From Macrostomum lignano (lineage: Eukaryota), in the NCBI GenBank assembly GCA_002269645.1, contig NIVC01001783.1, positions 1-64,000 on the forward strand: a stretch of DNA of 64,000 nt, given 5' to 3'. Shown here in pieces: positions 1-14,940 of the stretch. The position numbers and the translations under genes were made by a program. The notes beneath the pieces were generated by a model. The model did no database searches. It saw only the letters and a list, made by a program, of their open reading frames with translations, and was not told the DNA's origin. How positions within the stretch are numbered: the first letter of the stretch is position 1; each line of letters starts with the position of its first letter.

Positions 1-3000
1 TGTCAGTGACACACAACAACACACCAGGATGTAGTTGGTGACTGTGTCAGTGACACACCAACAACACACCCAGGATGCATTGGTGACTGTGTCAGTGACA
101 CACCAACAACACATCCAGGATGCAGTGGTGACTGTGTCAGTGACACACCAACAACACACAGGATGCATTGGTGACTGTGTCAGTGACACACCAACACACA
201 CCAGGATGCATTGGTGACTGTGTCAGTGACACACCAACACACACCCAGGATGCATTGGTGACTGTGTCAGTGACACACCAACAACACACCAGGATGCATT
301 GGTGACTGTGTCAGTGACACACCAACAGCACACCAGGATGCATTGGTGACTGTGTCAGTGACACACCAACAACACACCCAGGATGCATTGGTGACTGTGT
401 CAGTGACACACCAACAACACTCCAGGATGTAGTGGTGACTGTGTCAGTGACACACCAACACACACCCAGGATGCATTGGTGACTGTGTCAGTGACACACC
501 AACACAACACCCAGGATGCATTGGTGACTGTGTCAGTGACACACCAACAACACACCCAGGATGCATTGGTGACTGTGTCAGTGACACCCAGCACACACCA
601 GGATGCATTGGTGACTGTGTCAGTGACACACCAACAACACACAGGATTGGTGACTGGTGGACTGTGTCAGTGACACACCAACAACACATCCAGGATGCAT
701 TGGTGACTGTGTCAGTGACACACCAACAACACACCCAGGATGCATTGGTGACTGTGTCAGTGACACACCAACAACACATCCAGGATGCATTGGTGACTGT
801 GTCAGTGACACACCAACAACACACCCAGGATGCATTGGTGACTGTGTCAGTGACACACCAACAACACATCCAGGATGCATTGGTGACTGTGTCAGTGACA
901 CACCAACAACACACCCAGGATGCATTGGTGACTGTGTCAGTGACACACCAACAACACACCAGGATGCATTGGTGACTGTGTCAGTGACACACCAACAACA
1001 CACCAGGATGCTAGTGGTGACTGTGTCAGTGACACACCAACAACACACCCAGGATAGTGGTGACTGTGTCAGTGACACACCAACAACACACCCAGGATGC
1101 ATTGGTGACTGTGTCAGTGACACACCAACAGCACACCCAGGATGCATTGGTGACTGTGTCAGTGACACACCAACAACACACCCAGGATGCATTTGGTGAC
1201 TGTGTCAGTGACACACCAACAACACACCAGGATGCATTGGTGACTGTGTCAGTGACACACCAACAACACACCCAGGACATTGGTGACTGTGTCAGTGACA
1301 CACCAACACACACCAGGATGCATTGGTGACTGTGTCAGTGACACACCAACAACACATCCAGGATGTAGTGGTGACTGTGTCAGTGACACACCAACAACAC
1401 ACCCAGGATGCATTGGTGACTGTGTCAGTGACACACCAACAACACACCCAGGATGCATTGGTGACTGTGTCAGTGACACACCAACAACACACCCAGGATG
1501 CATTGGTGACTGTGTCAGTGACACACCAACAACACACCCAGGATGCATTGGTGACTGTGTCAGTGACACACCAACAACACACCCAGGATGCATTGGTGAC
1601 TGTGTCAGTGACACACCAACAACACACCCAGGATGCATTGGTGACTGTGTCAGTGACACACCAACAACACATCCAGGATGCATTGGTGACTGTGTCAGTG
1701 ACACCCAACAACACACCAGGATGCATTGGTGACTGTGTCAGTGACACACCAACAACACATCCAGGATGTAGTGGTGACTGTGTCAGTGACACACCAACAA
1801 CACACCCAGGATGCATTGGTGACTGTGTCAGTGACACACCAACACAACACCCAGGATGCATTGGTGACTGTGTCAGTGACACACCAACACACACCAGGAT
1901 GCATTGGTGACTGTGTCAGTGACACACCAACACACACCCAGGATGCATTGGTGACTGTGTCAGTGACACAAACAACACACCAGGATGCATTGGTGACTGT
2001 GTCAGTGACAACAACACACCAGGATGCATTGGTGACTGTGTCAGTGACACACCAACAACACACCCAGGATAGTGGTGACTGTGTCAGTGACACACCAACA
2101 ACACATCCAGGATGATTGGTGACTGTGTCAGTGACACACCAACAACACACCAGGATGCATTGGTGACTGTGTCAGTGACACACCAACAACACACCAGGAT
2201 GCATTGGTGACTGTGTCAGTGACACACCAACAACACACCAGGATGCATTGGTGACTGTGTCAGTGACACACCAACACACACCCAGGATGCATTGGTGACT
2301 GTGTCAGTGACACACCAACACACACACCCAGGATGCATTGGTGACTGTGTCAGTGACACACCAACAACACACCAGGATGCATTGGTGACTGTGTCAGTGA
2401 CACACAACAACACATCCAGGATGCATTGTGTGACTGTGTCAGTGACACACAACACACCCAGGATGCATTGGTGACTGTGTCAGTGACACACCAACAACAC
2501 ACAGGATGCATTGGTGACTGTGTCAGTGACACACCAACAAACACCCAGGATGCATTGGTGACTGTGTCAGTGACACACCAACAACACACCCAGGATGCAT
2601 TGGTGACTGTGTCAGTGACACACCAACAACACACCAGGATGCATTGGTGACTGTGTCAGTGACACACCAACAACACCCAGGATGCATTGGTGACTGTGTC
2701 AGTGACACACCAACAACACACCCAGGATGCATTGGTGACTGTGTCAGTGACACACCAACAACACACCAGGATGCATTGGTGACTGTGTCAGTGACACACC
2801 AACAACACACCCAGGATGCATTGGTGACTGTGTCAGTGACACACCAACAACACACCCAGGATGCATTGGTGACTGTGTCAGTGACACACCAACAACACAC
2901 CCAGGATGCATTGGTGACTGTGTCAGTGACACACCAACAACACACCCAGGATGCATTGGTGACTGTGTCAGTGACACACCAACAACACATCCAGGATGCA

Positions 3001-6000
3001 TTGGTGACTGTGTCAGTGACACACCAACAACACATCCAGGATGCATTGGTGACTGTGTCAGTGACACACCAACAACACCCAGGATGCATTGGTGACTGTG
3101 TCAGTGACACACCAACAACACACCAGGATGCATTGGTGACTGTGTCAGTGACACACCAACAACACACCCAGGATGCATTGGTGACTGTGTCAGTGACACA
3201 CCAACAACACACCCAGGATGCATGTGGTGACTGTGTCAGTGACACACCAACAACACACCCAGGATGCATTGGTGACTGTGTCAGTGACACACCAACAACA
3301 CACCCAGGATGCATTGGTGACTGTGTCAGTGACACACCAACAACACACCCAGGATGCATTGGTGACTGTGTCAGTGACACACCAACAACACACCAGGATG
3401 CATTGGTGACTGTGTCAGTGACACACCAACAACACACCCAGGATGCATTGGTGACTGTGTCAGTGACACACCAACAACACACCCAGGATGCATTGGTGAC
3501 TGTGTCAGTGACACACCAACAACACCCAGGATGCATTGGTGACTGTGTCAGTGACACCAACAAACACACCAGGATGCATTGTGACTGTGTCAGTGACACA
3601 CCAACACACCCAGGATGCATTGGTGACTGTGTCAGTGACACACCAACAACACACCAGGATGCATTGGTGACTGTGTCAGTGACACACCAACAACACATCC
3701 AGGATGCATTGGTGACTGTGTCAGTGACACACCAACAACACACCCAGGATGCATTGGTGACTGTGTCAGTGACACACCAACAACACACCCAGGATGCATT
3801 GGTGACTGTGTCAGTGACACACCAACAACACACCCAGGATGCATTGGTGACTGTGTCAGTGACACACACAACACACCAGGATGCATTGGTGACTGTGTCA
3901 GTGACACACCAACACACACCAGGATGCATTGGTGACTGTGTCAGTGACACACCAACAACAACCCAGGATGCATTGGTGACTGTGTCAGTGACACACCAAC
4001 AACACACCAGGATGCATTGGTGACTGTGTCAGTGACACACCAACACACACCCAGGATGCATTGGTGACTGTGTCAGTGACACACCAACAACACACCCAGG
4101 ATGCATTGGTGACTGTGTCAGTGACACACCAACAACACACCAGGATGCATTGGTGACTGTGTCAGTGACACACCAACACACACCCAGGATGCATTGGTGA
4201 CTGTGTCAGTGACACACCAACAACACACCAGGATGCATTGGTGACTGTGTCAGTGACACACCAACAACACATCCAGGATGCATTGGTGACTGTGTCAGTG
4301 ACACACCAACAACACACCCAGGATGCATTGGTGACTGTGTCAGTGACACACCAACACACATCCAGGATGTTGGTGACTGTGTCAGTGACACACCAACAAC
4401 ACACCCAGGATGCATTGGTGACTGTGTCAGTGACACACCAACAACACACCCAGGATGCATTGGTGACTGTGTCAGTGACACACCAACAACACACCCAGGA
4501 TGCATTGGTGACTGTGTCAGTGACACACCAACAACACACCCAGGATGCATTGGTGACTGTGTCAGTGACACACCAACAACACACCCAGGATGCATTGGTG
4601 ACTGTGTCAGTGACACACCAACAACACACCCAGGATGCATTGGTGACTGTGTCAGTGACACACCAACAACACACCCAGGATGCATTGGTGACTGTGTCAG
4701 TGACACACCAACAACACACCCAGGATGCATTGGTGACTGTGTCAGTGACACACCAACACACACCAGGATGCATTGGTGACTGTGTCAGTGACACACCAAC
4801 AACACACCCAGGATGCATTGGTGACTGTGTCAGTGACACACCAACAAACACCCAGGATGCATTGGTGACTGTGTCAGTGACACACCAACAACACACCAGG
4901 ATGCATTGGTGACTGTGTCAGTGACACACCAACACACACCAGGATGCATTGGTGACTGTGTCAGTGACACAACAACACACCCAGGATGCATTGGTGACTG
5001 TGTCAGTGACACACCAACAACACACCCAGGATGCATTGGTGACTGTGTCAGTGACACACCAACAACACATCCAGGATGTGGTGACTGTGTCAGTGACACA
5101 CCAACACACACCAGGATGCATTGGTGACTGTGTCAGTGACACCAACAACACACCCAGGATGCATTGGTGACTGTGTCAGTGACACACCAACAACACACCC
5201 AGGATGTATTGGTGACTGTGTCAGTGACACACCAACAACACACCAGGATGCATTGGTGACTGTGTCAGTGACACACCAACAACACATCCAGGATGTAGTG
5301 GTGACTGTGTCAGTGACACACCAACAACACACCCAGGATGCAGTGGTGACTGTGTCAGTGACACACCAACAACACATCCAGGATGCATTGGTGACTGTGT
5401 CAGTGACACACCAACACACACCCAGGATGCATTGGTGACTGTGTCAGTGACACACCAACAACACATCCAGGATGCATTGGTGACTGTGTCAGTGACACAC
5501 CAACAACACACCCAGGATGCATTGGTGACTGTGTCAGTGACACACCAACACACACCCAGGATGCATTGGTGACTGTGTCAGTGACACACCAACAACACCC
5601 AGGATGCATTGGTGACTGTGTCAGTGACACACCAACAACACACCCAGGATGCATTGGTGACTGTGTCAGTGACACACCAACAACACACCAGGATGCATTG
5701 GTGACTGTGTCAGTGACACACCAACACACACCAGGATGCATTGGTGACTGTGGACTGTGTCAGTGACACACCAACAACACACCCAGGATGCATTGGTGAC
5801 TGTGTCAGTGACACACCAACAAACACCCAGGATGCATTGGTGACTGTGTCAGTGACACACCAACAACACACCAGGATGCATTGGTGACTGTGTCAGTGAC
5901 ACACCAACAACACACCCAGGATGCATTGGTGACTGTGTCAGTGACACACACAACACACCCAGGATGCATTGGTGACTGTGTCAGTGACACACCAACACAC

Positions 6001-9000
6001 ACCAGGATGCATTGGTGACTGTGTCAGTGACACACCAACAACACACCCAGGATGCATTGGTGACTGTGTCAGTGACACACCAACAACACACCCAGGATGC
6101 ATTGGTGACTGTGTCAGTGACACACCAACAACACACCCAGGATGCATTGGTGACTGTGTCAGTGACACACCAACAACACCCAGGATGCATTGGTGACTGT
6201 GTCAGTGACACACCAACAACACACCCAGGATGCATTGGTGACTGTGTCAGTGACACACCAACAACACACCCAGGATGCATTGGTGACTGTGTCAGTGACA
6301 CACCAACAACACACCAGGATGCATTGGTGACTGTGTCAGTGACACACCAACAACACACCAGGATGCATTGGTGACTGTGTCAGTGACACACCAACACACC
6401 AGGATGCATTGGTGACTGTGTCAGTGACACACCAACAACACACCCAGGATGCATTGGTGACTGTGTCAGTGACACACACGCACACACCCAGGATGCATTG
6501 GTGACTGTGTCAGTGACACACCAACAACACACCAGGATTGGTGACTGTGTCAGTGACACACCACACAACACACCCAGGATGCATTGGTGACTGTGTCAGT
6601 GACACACCAACAGCACACCCAGGATGCATTGGTGACTGTGTCAGTGACACACCAACAACACACCAGGATGTATTGGTGACTGTGTCAGTGACACACCAAC
6701 AACACATCCAGGATGCATTGGTGACTGTGTCAGTGACACACCAACAACACACCAGGATGCATTGGTGACTGTGTCAGTGACACACCAACAACACACCAGG
6801 ATGCATTGGTGACTGTGTCAGTGACACACCAACAACACACCAGGATGCATTGGTGACTGTGTCAGTGACACACCAACAACACACCCAGGATGTATGGTGA
6901 CTGTGTCAGTGACACACCAACACACACCCAGGATGCATTGGTGACTGTGTCAGTGACACACCAACAACACCCAGGATGCATTGGTGACTGTGTCAGTGAC
7001 ACACCAACAACACACCAGGATGCATTGGTGACTGTGTCAGTGACACCAACAACACACCAGGATGCATTGGTGACTGTGTCAGTGACACACCAACAACACA
7101 CCAGGATGCATTGGTGACTGTGTCAGTGACACACCAACACACACCAGGATGCATTGGTGACTGTGTCAGTGACACAACAACACACCCAGGATGCATTGGT
7201 GACTGTGTCAGTGACACACCAACACACACCAGGATGCATTGGTGACTGTGTCAGTGACACACCAACAACACACCAGGATGCATTGGTGACTGTGTCAGTG
7301 ACACACCAACACACACCAGGATGCATTGGTGACTGTGTCAGTGACACACCAACACACACCCAGGATGCATTGGTGACTGTGTCAGTGACACACCAACAAC
7401 ACCCAGGATGCATTGGTGACTGTGTCAGTGACACACCAACAACACACCCAGGATGCATTGGTGACTGTGTCAGTGACACACCAACAAACACCCAGGATGC
7501 ATTGGTGACTGTGTCAGTGACACACCAACAACACACCAGGATGTATTGGTGACTGTGTCAGTGACACACCAACACACACCCAGGATGCATTGGTGACTGT
7601 GTCAGTGACACACCAACAACACACCCAGGATGCATTGGTGACTGTGTCAGTGACACACCAACAACACACCAGGATGCATTGGTGACTGTGTCAGTGACAC
7701 ACCAACAACACATCCAGGATGCATTGGTGACTGTGTCAGTGACACACCAACAACACACCAGGATGTATTGGTGACTGTGTCAGTGACACACCAACAACAC
7801 ACCAGGATGCATTGGTGACTGTGTCAGTGACACACCAACAACACCCAGGATGCATTGGTGACTGTGTCAGTGACACACCAACAACACACCCAGGATGCAT
7901 TGGTGACTGTGTCAGTGACACACCAACAACACACCAGGATGCATTGGTGACTGTGTCAGTGACACACCAACACACACCCAGGATGCATTGGTGACTGTGT
8001 CAGTGACACACCAACACAACACCCAGGATGCATTGGTGACTGTGTCAGTGACACACCAACACACACCCAGGATGCATTGGTGACTGTGTCAGTGACACAC
8101 CAACAACACCCAGGATGCATTGGTGACTGTGTCAGTGACACACCAACAACACACCCAGGATGCATTGGTGACTGTGTCAGTGACACACCAAACACACCCA
8201 GGATGCATTGGTGACTGTGTCAGTGACACACCAACAACACATCCAGGATGCATTGGTGACTGTGTCAGTGACACACCAACAACACACCAGGATGTATTGG
8301 TGACTGTGTCAGTGACACACCAACAACACACCCAGGATGCATTGGTGACTGTGTCAGTGACACACCAACAACACCCAGGATGCATTGGTGACTGTGTCAG
8401 TGACACACCAACAACACACCCAGGATGCATTGGTGACTGTGTCAGTGACACACCAACAACACACCCAGGATGCATTGGTGACTGTGTCAGTGACACACCA
8501 ACACACACCCAGGATGCATTGGTGACTGTGTCAGTGACACACCAACAACACACCCAGGATGCATTGGTGACTGTGTCAGTGACACACCAACAACACACCA
8601 GGATGCATTGGTGACTGTGTCAGTGACACACCAACAACACCATCCAGGATGCATTGGTGACTGTGTCAGTGACACACCAACAACACATCCAGGATGTGGT
8701 GACTGTGTCAGTGACACACCAACAACACACCCAGGATGCATTGGTGACTGTGTCAGTGACACACCAACAACACACCCAGGATGCATTGGTGACTGTGTCA
8801 GTGACACACCAACAACACACCAGGATGCATTGGTGACTGTGTCAGTGACACACCAACAACACACCAGGATGTTGGTGACTGTGTCAGTGACACACCAACA
8901 CACACCCAGGATGCATTGGTGACTGTGTCAGTGACACACCAACAACACACCAGGATGCATTGGTGACTGTGTCAGTGACACACCAACAACACATCCAGGA

Positions 9001-12000
9001 TGTAGTGGTGACTGTGTCAGTGACACACCAACAACACACCCAGGATGCATTGGTGACTGTGTCAGTGACACACCAACAACACATCCAGGATGTAGTGGTG
9101 ACTGTGTCAGTGACACACCAACAACACACCAGGATGCATTGGTGACTGTGTCAGTGACACACCAACACACACCAGGATGCATTGGTGACTGTGTCAGTGA
9201 CACACCAACAACACATCCAGGATGTAGTGGTGACTGTGTCAGTGACACACCAACAACACATCCAGGATGCATTGGTGACTGTGTCAGTGACACACCAACA
9301 ACACACCCAGGATGCATTGGTGACTGTGTCAGTGACACACCAACAACACACCCAGGATGCATTGGTGACTGTGTCAGTGACACACCAACAACACACCAGG
9401 ATGCATTGGTGACTGTGTCAGTGACACACCAACAACACACCAGGATGCATTGGTGACTGTGTCAGTGACACACCAACAACACACCCAGGATGCATTGGTG
9501 ACTGTGTCAGTGACACACCAACAACACACCCAGGATGCATTGGTGACTGTGTCAGTGACACACCAACAACACACCCAGGATGCATTGGTGACTGTGTCAG
9601 TGACACACCAACACACACCCAGGATGCATTGGTGACTGTGTCAGTGACACACCACAACACACCAGGATGCATTGGTGACTGTGTCAGTGACACACCAACA
9701 ACACACCCAGGATGCATTGGTGACTGTGTCAGTGACACACCAACAACACACCCAGGATGCATTGGTGACTGTGTCAGTGACACACCAACAACACACCCAG
9801 GATGCATTGGTGACTGTGTCAGTGACACACCAACAACACCCAGGATGCATTGGTGACTGTGTCAGTGACACACCAACAACACACCCAGGATGCATTGGTG
9901 ACTGTGTCAGTGACACACCAACAACACATCCAGGATGTAGTGGTGACTGTGTCAGTGACACACCAACAACACATCCAGGATGTATTGGTGACTGTGTCAG
10001 TGACACACCAACAACACACCAGGATGCATTGGTGACTGTGTCAGTGACACACCAACAACACACCCAGGATGCATTGGTGACTGTGTCAGTGACACACCAA
10101 CAACACATCCAGGATGCATTGGTGACTGTGTCAGTGACACACCAACAACACCCAGGATGCATTGGTGACTGTGTCAGTGACACACAACACACAGGATGCA
10201 TTGGTGACTGTGTCAGTGACACACCAACAACACACCCAGGATGCATTGGTGACTGTGTCAGTGACACACCAACAACACACCCAGGATGCATTGGTGACTG
10301 TGTCAGTGACACACCAACAACACACCCAGGATGCATTGGTGACTGTGTCAGTGACACACCAACAACACACCCAGGATGCATTGGTGACTGTGTCAGTGAC
10401 ACACCAACAACACACCAGGATGCATTGGTGACTGTGTCAGTGACACCAACAACACACCCAGGATGCATTGGTGACTGTGTCAGTGACACACCAACACACA
10501 CCAGGATGCATTGGTGACTGTGTCAGTGACACACCAACAACACACCCAGGATGCATTGGTGACTGTGTCAGTGACACACCAACAACACACCAGGATGCAT
10601 TGGTGACTGTGTCAGTGACACACCAACAACACACCAGGATGCATTGGTGACTGTGTCAGTGACACACCAACAACACCCAGGATGCATTGGTGACTGTGTC
10701 AGTGACACAACAACACACCCAGGATGCATTGGTGACTGTGTCAGTGACACACCAACAACACACCCAGGATGCATTGGTGACTGTGTCAGTGACACACAAC
10801 ACACACCCAGGATGCATTGGTGACTGTGTCAGTGACACACCAACACACACCCAGGATGCATTGGTGACTGTGTCAGTGACACACCAACAACACACCCAGG
10901 ATGCATTGGTGACTGTGTCAGTGACACACCAACAACACATCCAGGATGCATTGGTGACTGTGTCAGTGACACACCAACAGCACACCCAGGATGCATTGGT
11001 GACTGTGTCAGTGACACACCAACAACACACCCAGGATGCATTGGTGACTGTGTCAGTGACACACCAACAACACACCCAGGATGTGGTGACTGTGTCAGTG
11101 ACACACCAACACACACCAGGATGCATTGGTGACTGTGTCAGTGACACACCAACAACACACCCAGGATGCATTGGTGACTGTGTCAGTGACACACCAACAA
11201 CACCCAGGATGCATTGGTGACTGTGTCAGTGACACACCAACAACACACCAGGATGCATTGGTGACTGTGTCAGTGACACACCAACAACACACCCAGGATG
11301 CATTGGTGACTGTGTCAGTGACACACCAACAACACACCCAGGATGCATTGGTGACTGTGTCAGTGACACACAACAACACACCCAGGATGCTGGTGACTGT
11401 GTCAGTGACACACCAAACACACCAGGATGCATTGGTGACTGTGTCAGTGACACACCAACAACACACCAGGATGCATTGGTGACTGTGTCAGTGACACACC
11501 AACAACACACCCAGGATGCATTGGTGACTGTGTCAGTGACACACCAACAACACACCAGGATGCATTGGTGACTGTGTCAGTGACACACCAACACACACCC
11601 AGGATGCATTGGTGACTGTGTCAGTGACACACCAACAACACACCAGGATGCATTGGTGACTGTGTCAGTGACACACCAACAACACCCAGGATGCATTGGT
11701 GACTGTGTCAGTGACACACCAACAACACACCAGGATGCATTGGTGACTGTGTCAGTGACACACCAACAACACATCCAGGATGCATTGGTGACTGTGTCAG
11801 TGACACACCAACAGCACACCCAGGATGCATTGGTGACTGTGTCAGTGACACACCAACAACACACCCAGGATGCATTGGTGACTGTGTCAGTGACACACCA
11901 ACAACACATCCAGGATGTAGTGGTGACTGTGTCAGTGACACACCAACAACACATCCAGGATGTAGTGGTGACTGTGTCAGTGACACACCAACAACACATC

Positions 12001-13632
12001 CAGGATGTAGTGGTGACTGTGTCAGTGACACACCAACAACACACCCAGGATGCAGTGGTGACTGTGTCAGTGACACACCAACAACACATCCAGGATGTAG
12101 TGGTGACTGTGTCAGTGACACACCAACAGCACACCCAGGATGCATTGGTGACTGTGTCAGTACAACAACACATCCAGGATGTAGTGGTGACTGTGTCAGT
12201 AACACACAGGATGCATTGGTGACTGTGTCAGTGACACACCACACAACAACCCAGGATGCATTGGTGACTGTGTCAGTGACACACCAACAACACACCCAGG
12301 ATGCATTGGTGACTGTGTCAGTGACACACCAACAACACACCCAGGATGCATTGGTGACTGTGTCAGTGACACACCAACACACACCCAGGATGCATTGGTG
12401 ACTGTGTCAGTGACACACCAACAACACACCCAGGATGCATTGGTGACTGTGTCAGTGACACACAGGATGCATTGGTGACTGTGTCAGTGACACACCAACA
12501 GCACACCAGGATGCATTGGTGACTGTGTCAGTGACACACCAACAGCACACCAGGATGCATTGGTGACTGTGTCAGTGACACACCAACAGCACACCCAGGA
12601 TGCATTGGTGACTGTGTCAGTGACACACCAACAGCACACCCAGGATGCATTGGTGACTGTGTCAGTGACACACCAACACACACCCAGGATGCATTGGTGA
12701 CTGTGTCAGTGACACACCAACAGCACACCCAGGATGCATTGGTGACTGTGTCAGTGACACACCAACAACACACCCAGGATGCATTGGTGACTGTGTCAGT
12801 GACACACCAGCACACCAACCGGATGCATTGGTGACTGTGTCAGTGACACACCAACAACACACCCAGGATGCATTGGTGACTGTGTCAGTGACACACCAAC
12901 AGCACACCAGGATGCATTGGTGACTGTGTCAGTGACACACCAACAACACACCCAGGATGCATTGGTGACTGTGTCAGTGACACACCAACAACACACCCAG
13001 GATGCATTGGTGACTGTGTCAGTGACACACCAACAGCAAACCCAGGATGCATTGGTGACTGTGTCAGTGACACACCAACAACACACCCAGGATGCATTGG
13101 TGACTGTGTCAGTGACACACCAACACACACCCAGGATGCATTGGTGACTGTGTCAGTGACACACCAACAGCACACCCAGGATGCATTGGTGACTGTGTCA
13201 GTGACACACCAACAGCACACCCAGGATGCATTGGTGACTGTGTCAGTGACACACCAACAGCACACCCAGGATGCATTGGTGACTGTGTCAGTGACACACC
13301 AACAGCACACCCAGGATGCATTGGTGACTGTGTCAGTGACACACCAACAGCAAACCCAGGATGCATTGGTGACTGTTTCAGTGACACACCAGCAGCACAC
13401 CCAGGATGCATTGGTGACTGTGTCAGTGACACCCCAACAGCACACTCGGGATGTATTGGAGACTGTGTCAGTGACACACCAACAACACACCCAGGATGTA
13501 TTGGAGACTGTGTCAGTGACACACCAACAACACACCCAGGATGTAGTGGTGACTGTGTCAGTGACACACCAACAACACACCCAGGATGTAGTGGTGACTG
13601 TGTCACTCAGGAGGTATCGGTGAATGTGTCAG
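1..13632. repeat. 45-bp satellite array (~300 units, runs off the left edge); consensus GGATGCATTGGTGACTGTGTCAGTGACACACCAACAACACACCCA
   Basis: Directly visible tandem periodicity of 43-45 bp with many single-base deletions. The last degenerate copy (ggtgaatgtgtcag) is at ~13619-13632. Confidence 0.98.
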
Positions 13633-14077
13633 GTAATTTGCTTAATTAAACGCTTTAATTAAATTAAGGTAAATGTTCAGGAAGTAATAGACATAATTAA
13701 ATACCCAAGGTCATACAGCCAATATTTTATGGTATTAAAGGACATTAAGCGTCCTTAAAGCATCCATGGTGCTAACTCTATTTTTGGCTCTAGTGCAACC
13801 CGAGACGCCCAGCAACCGGTTATTGGGCTTAAAAATGGTGATGGAACTTCATTAATCCTATTCGTATATAAAGTGCTAAAATCGTTTTTTTAGTATGCTA
13901 GATTAACAATACTTGCTTGGTTGTGGGCGCGGGATTCAATGGGAAAGGAAAAGTGGTGAATGTTGAGTGGGAGAATGGGATTCTATATGCAATATATGGT
14001 CTATAATATGTGTAGTAACTAGCGTATCGATACTGAGCCATAATATATGCGTACGAATTGAGGAAATTGAGTGAATG

Positions 14078-14940
14078 AGAGGGTGACTGTGGGTGATTGA
14101 GGGTGATTGAGGGCGATTGAGGGTGATTGAGGGTGACTGTGGGTGATTGAGGGTGATTGAGAGTGATTGAGGGTGATTGAGGGTGACTGTGGGTGATTGA
14201 GGGTGATTTAGGGTGATTGAGGGTGATTTAGGGTGATTGAGGGTGATTTAGGGTGATTGAGGGTGATTGAGAGTGATTGAGGGTGACTGTGGGTGATTGA
14301 GGGTGATTTAGGGTGATTGAGGGTGACTGCGAGTGATCGAGGGTGACTGCGGGAGACTGCGGGTGATTGAGGGTGATTAGGAGTGACTTTGGTTGATTGA
14401 TGGTGATTTAGTGTGATTTAGGGTGATTGAGGGTGACTGCAGGTGATTTAGGGTGATTTAGGGTGATTGAGGGTGACTGTGGGTGACTGTGGTTGATTTA
14501 GGGTGATTGAGAGTGATTGAGGGTGATTGAGGGTGACTGTGGGTGATTGAGGGTGATTTAGGGTGATTGAGGGTGATTTAGGGTGATTGAGGGTGATTGA
14601 GAGTGATTGAGGGTGACTGTGGTGATTGAGGGTGATTTAGGGTGATTGAGGGTGACTGCGAGTGATCGAGGGTGACTGCGGGAGACTGCGGGTGATTGAG
14701 GGTGATTAGGAGTGACTTTGGTTGATTGATGGTGATTTAGTGTGATTTAGGGTGATTGAGGGTGACTGCAGGTGATTTAGGGTGATTTAGGGTGATTGAG
14801 GGTGACTGTGGGTGATTGAGGGTGATTGAGAGTGATTGAGGGTGATTGAGGGTGACTGTGGGTGATTGAGGGTGATTTAGGGTGATTGAGGGTGATTTAG
14901 GGTGATTGAGGGTGACTGTGGGTGATTGAGGGTGATTTAG
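14078..14940. repeat. 10-bp minisatellite (GAGGGTGATT / TAGGGTGATT / GTGGGTGATT variants) with a ~329-bp internal duplication
   Basis: 10-bp period. The diagnostic variant gagtgatcga occurs at 14331 and 14660. Confidence 0.95.

Noticed and set aside
1-13632. The many ORFs (VTVSVTHQQHTQDAL / PGCIGDCVSDTPTTH repeats) as repetitive proteins
   Set aside because: A 45-bp unit leaves four of six frames open by construction. Frequent 1-nt indels switch frames at random, and there is no unique N- or C-terminus.
1-13632. CRISPR array (palindromic repeat of CRISPR-like length)
   Set aside because: There are no unique spacers, the units are head-to-tail, there are no cas genes, and the context is eukaryotic.
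14078-14940. True telomere or interstitial (TTAGGG)n
   Set aside because: The period is 10 bp, and TTAGGG appears only in some units and never in tandem.
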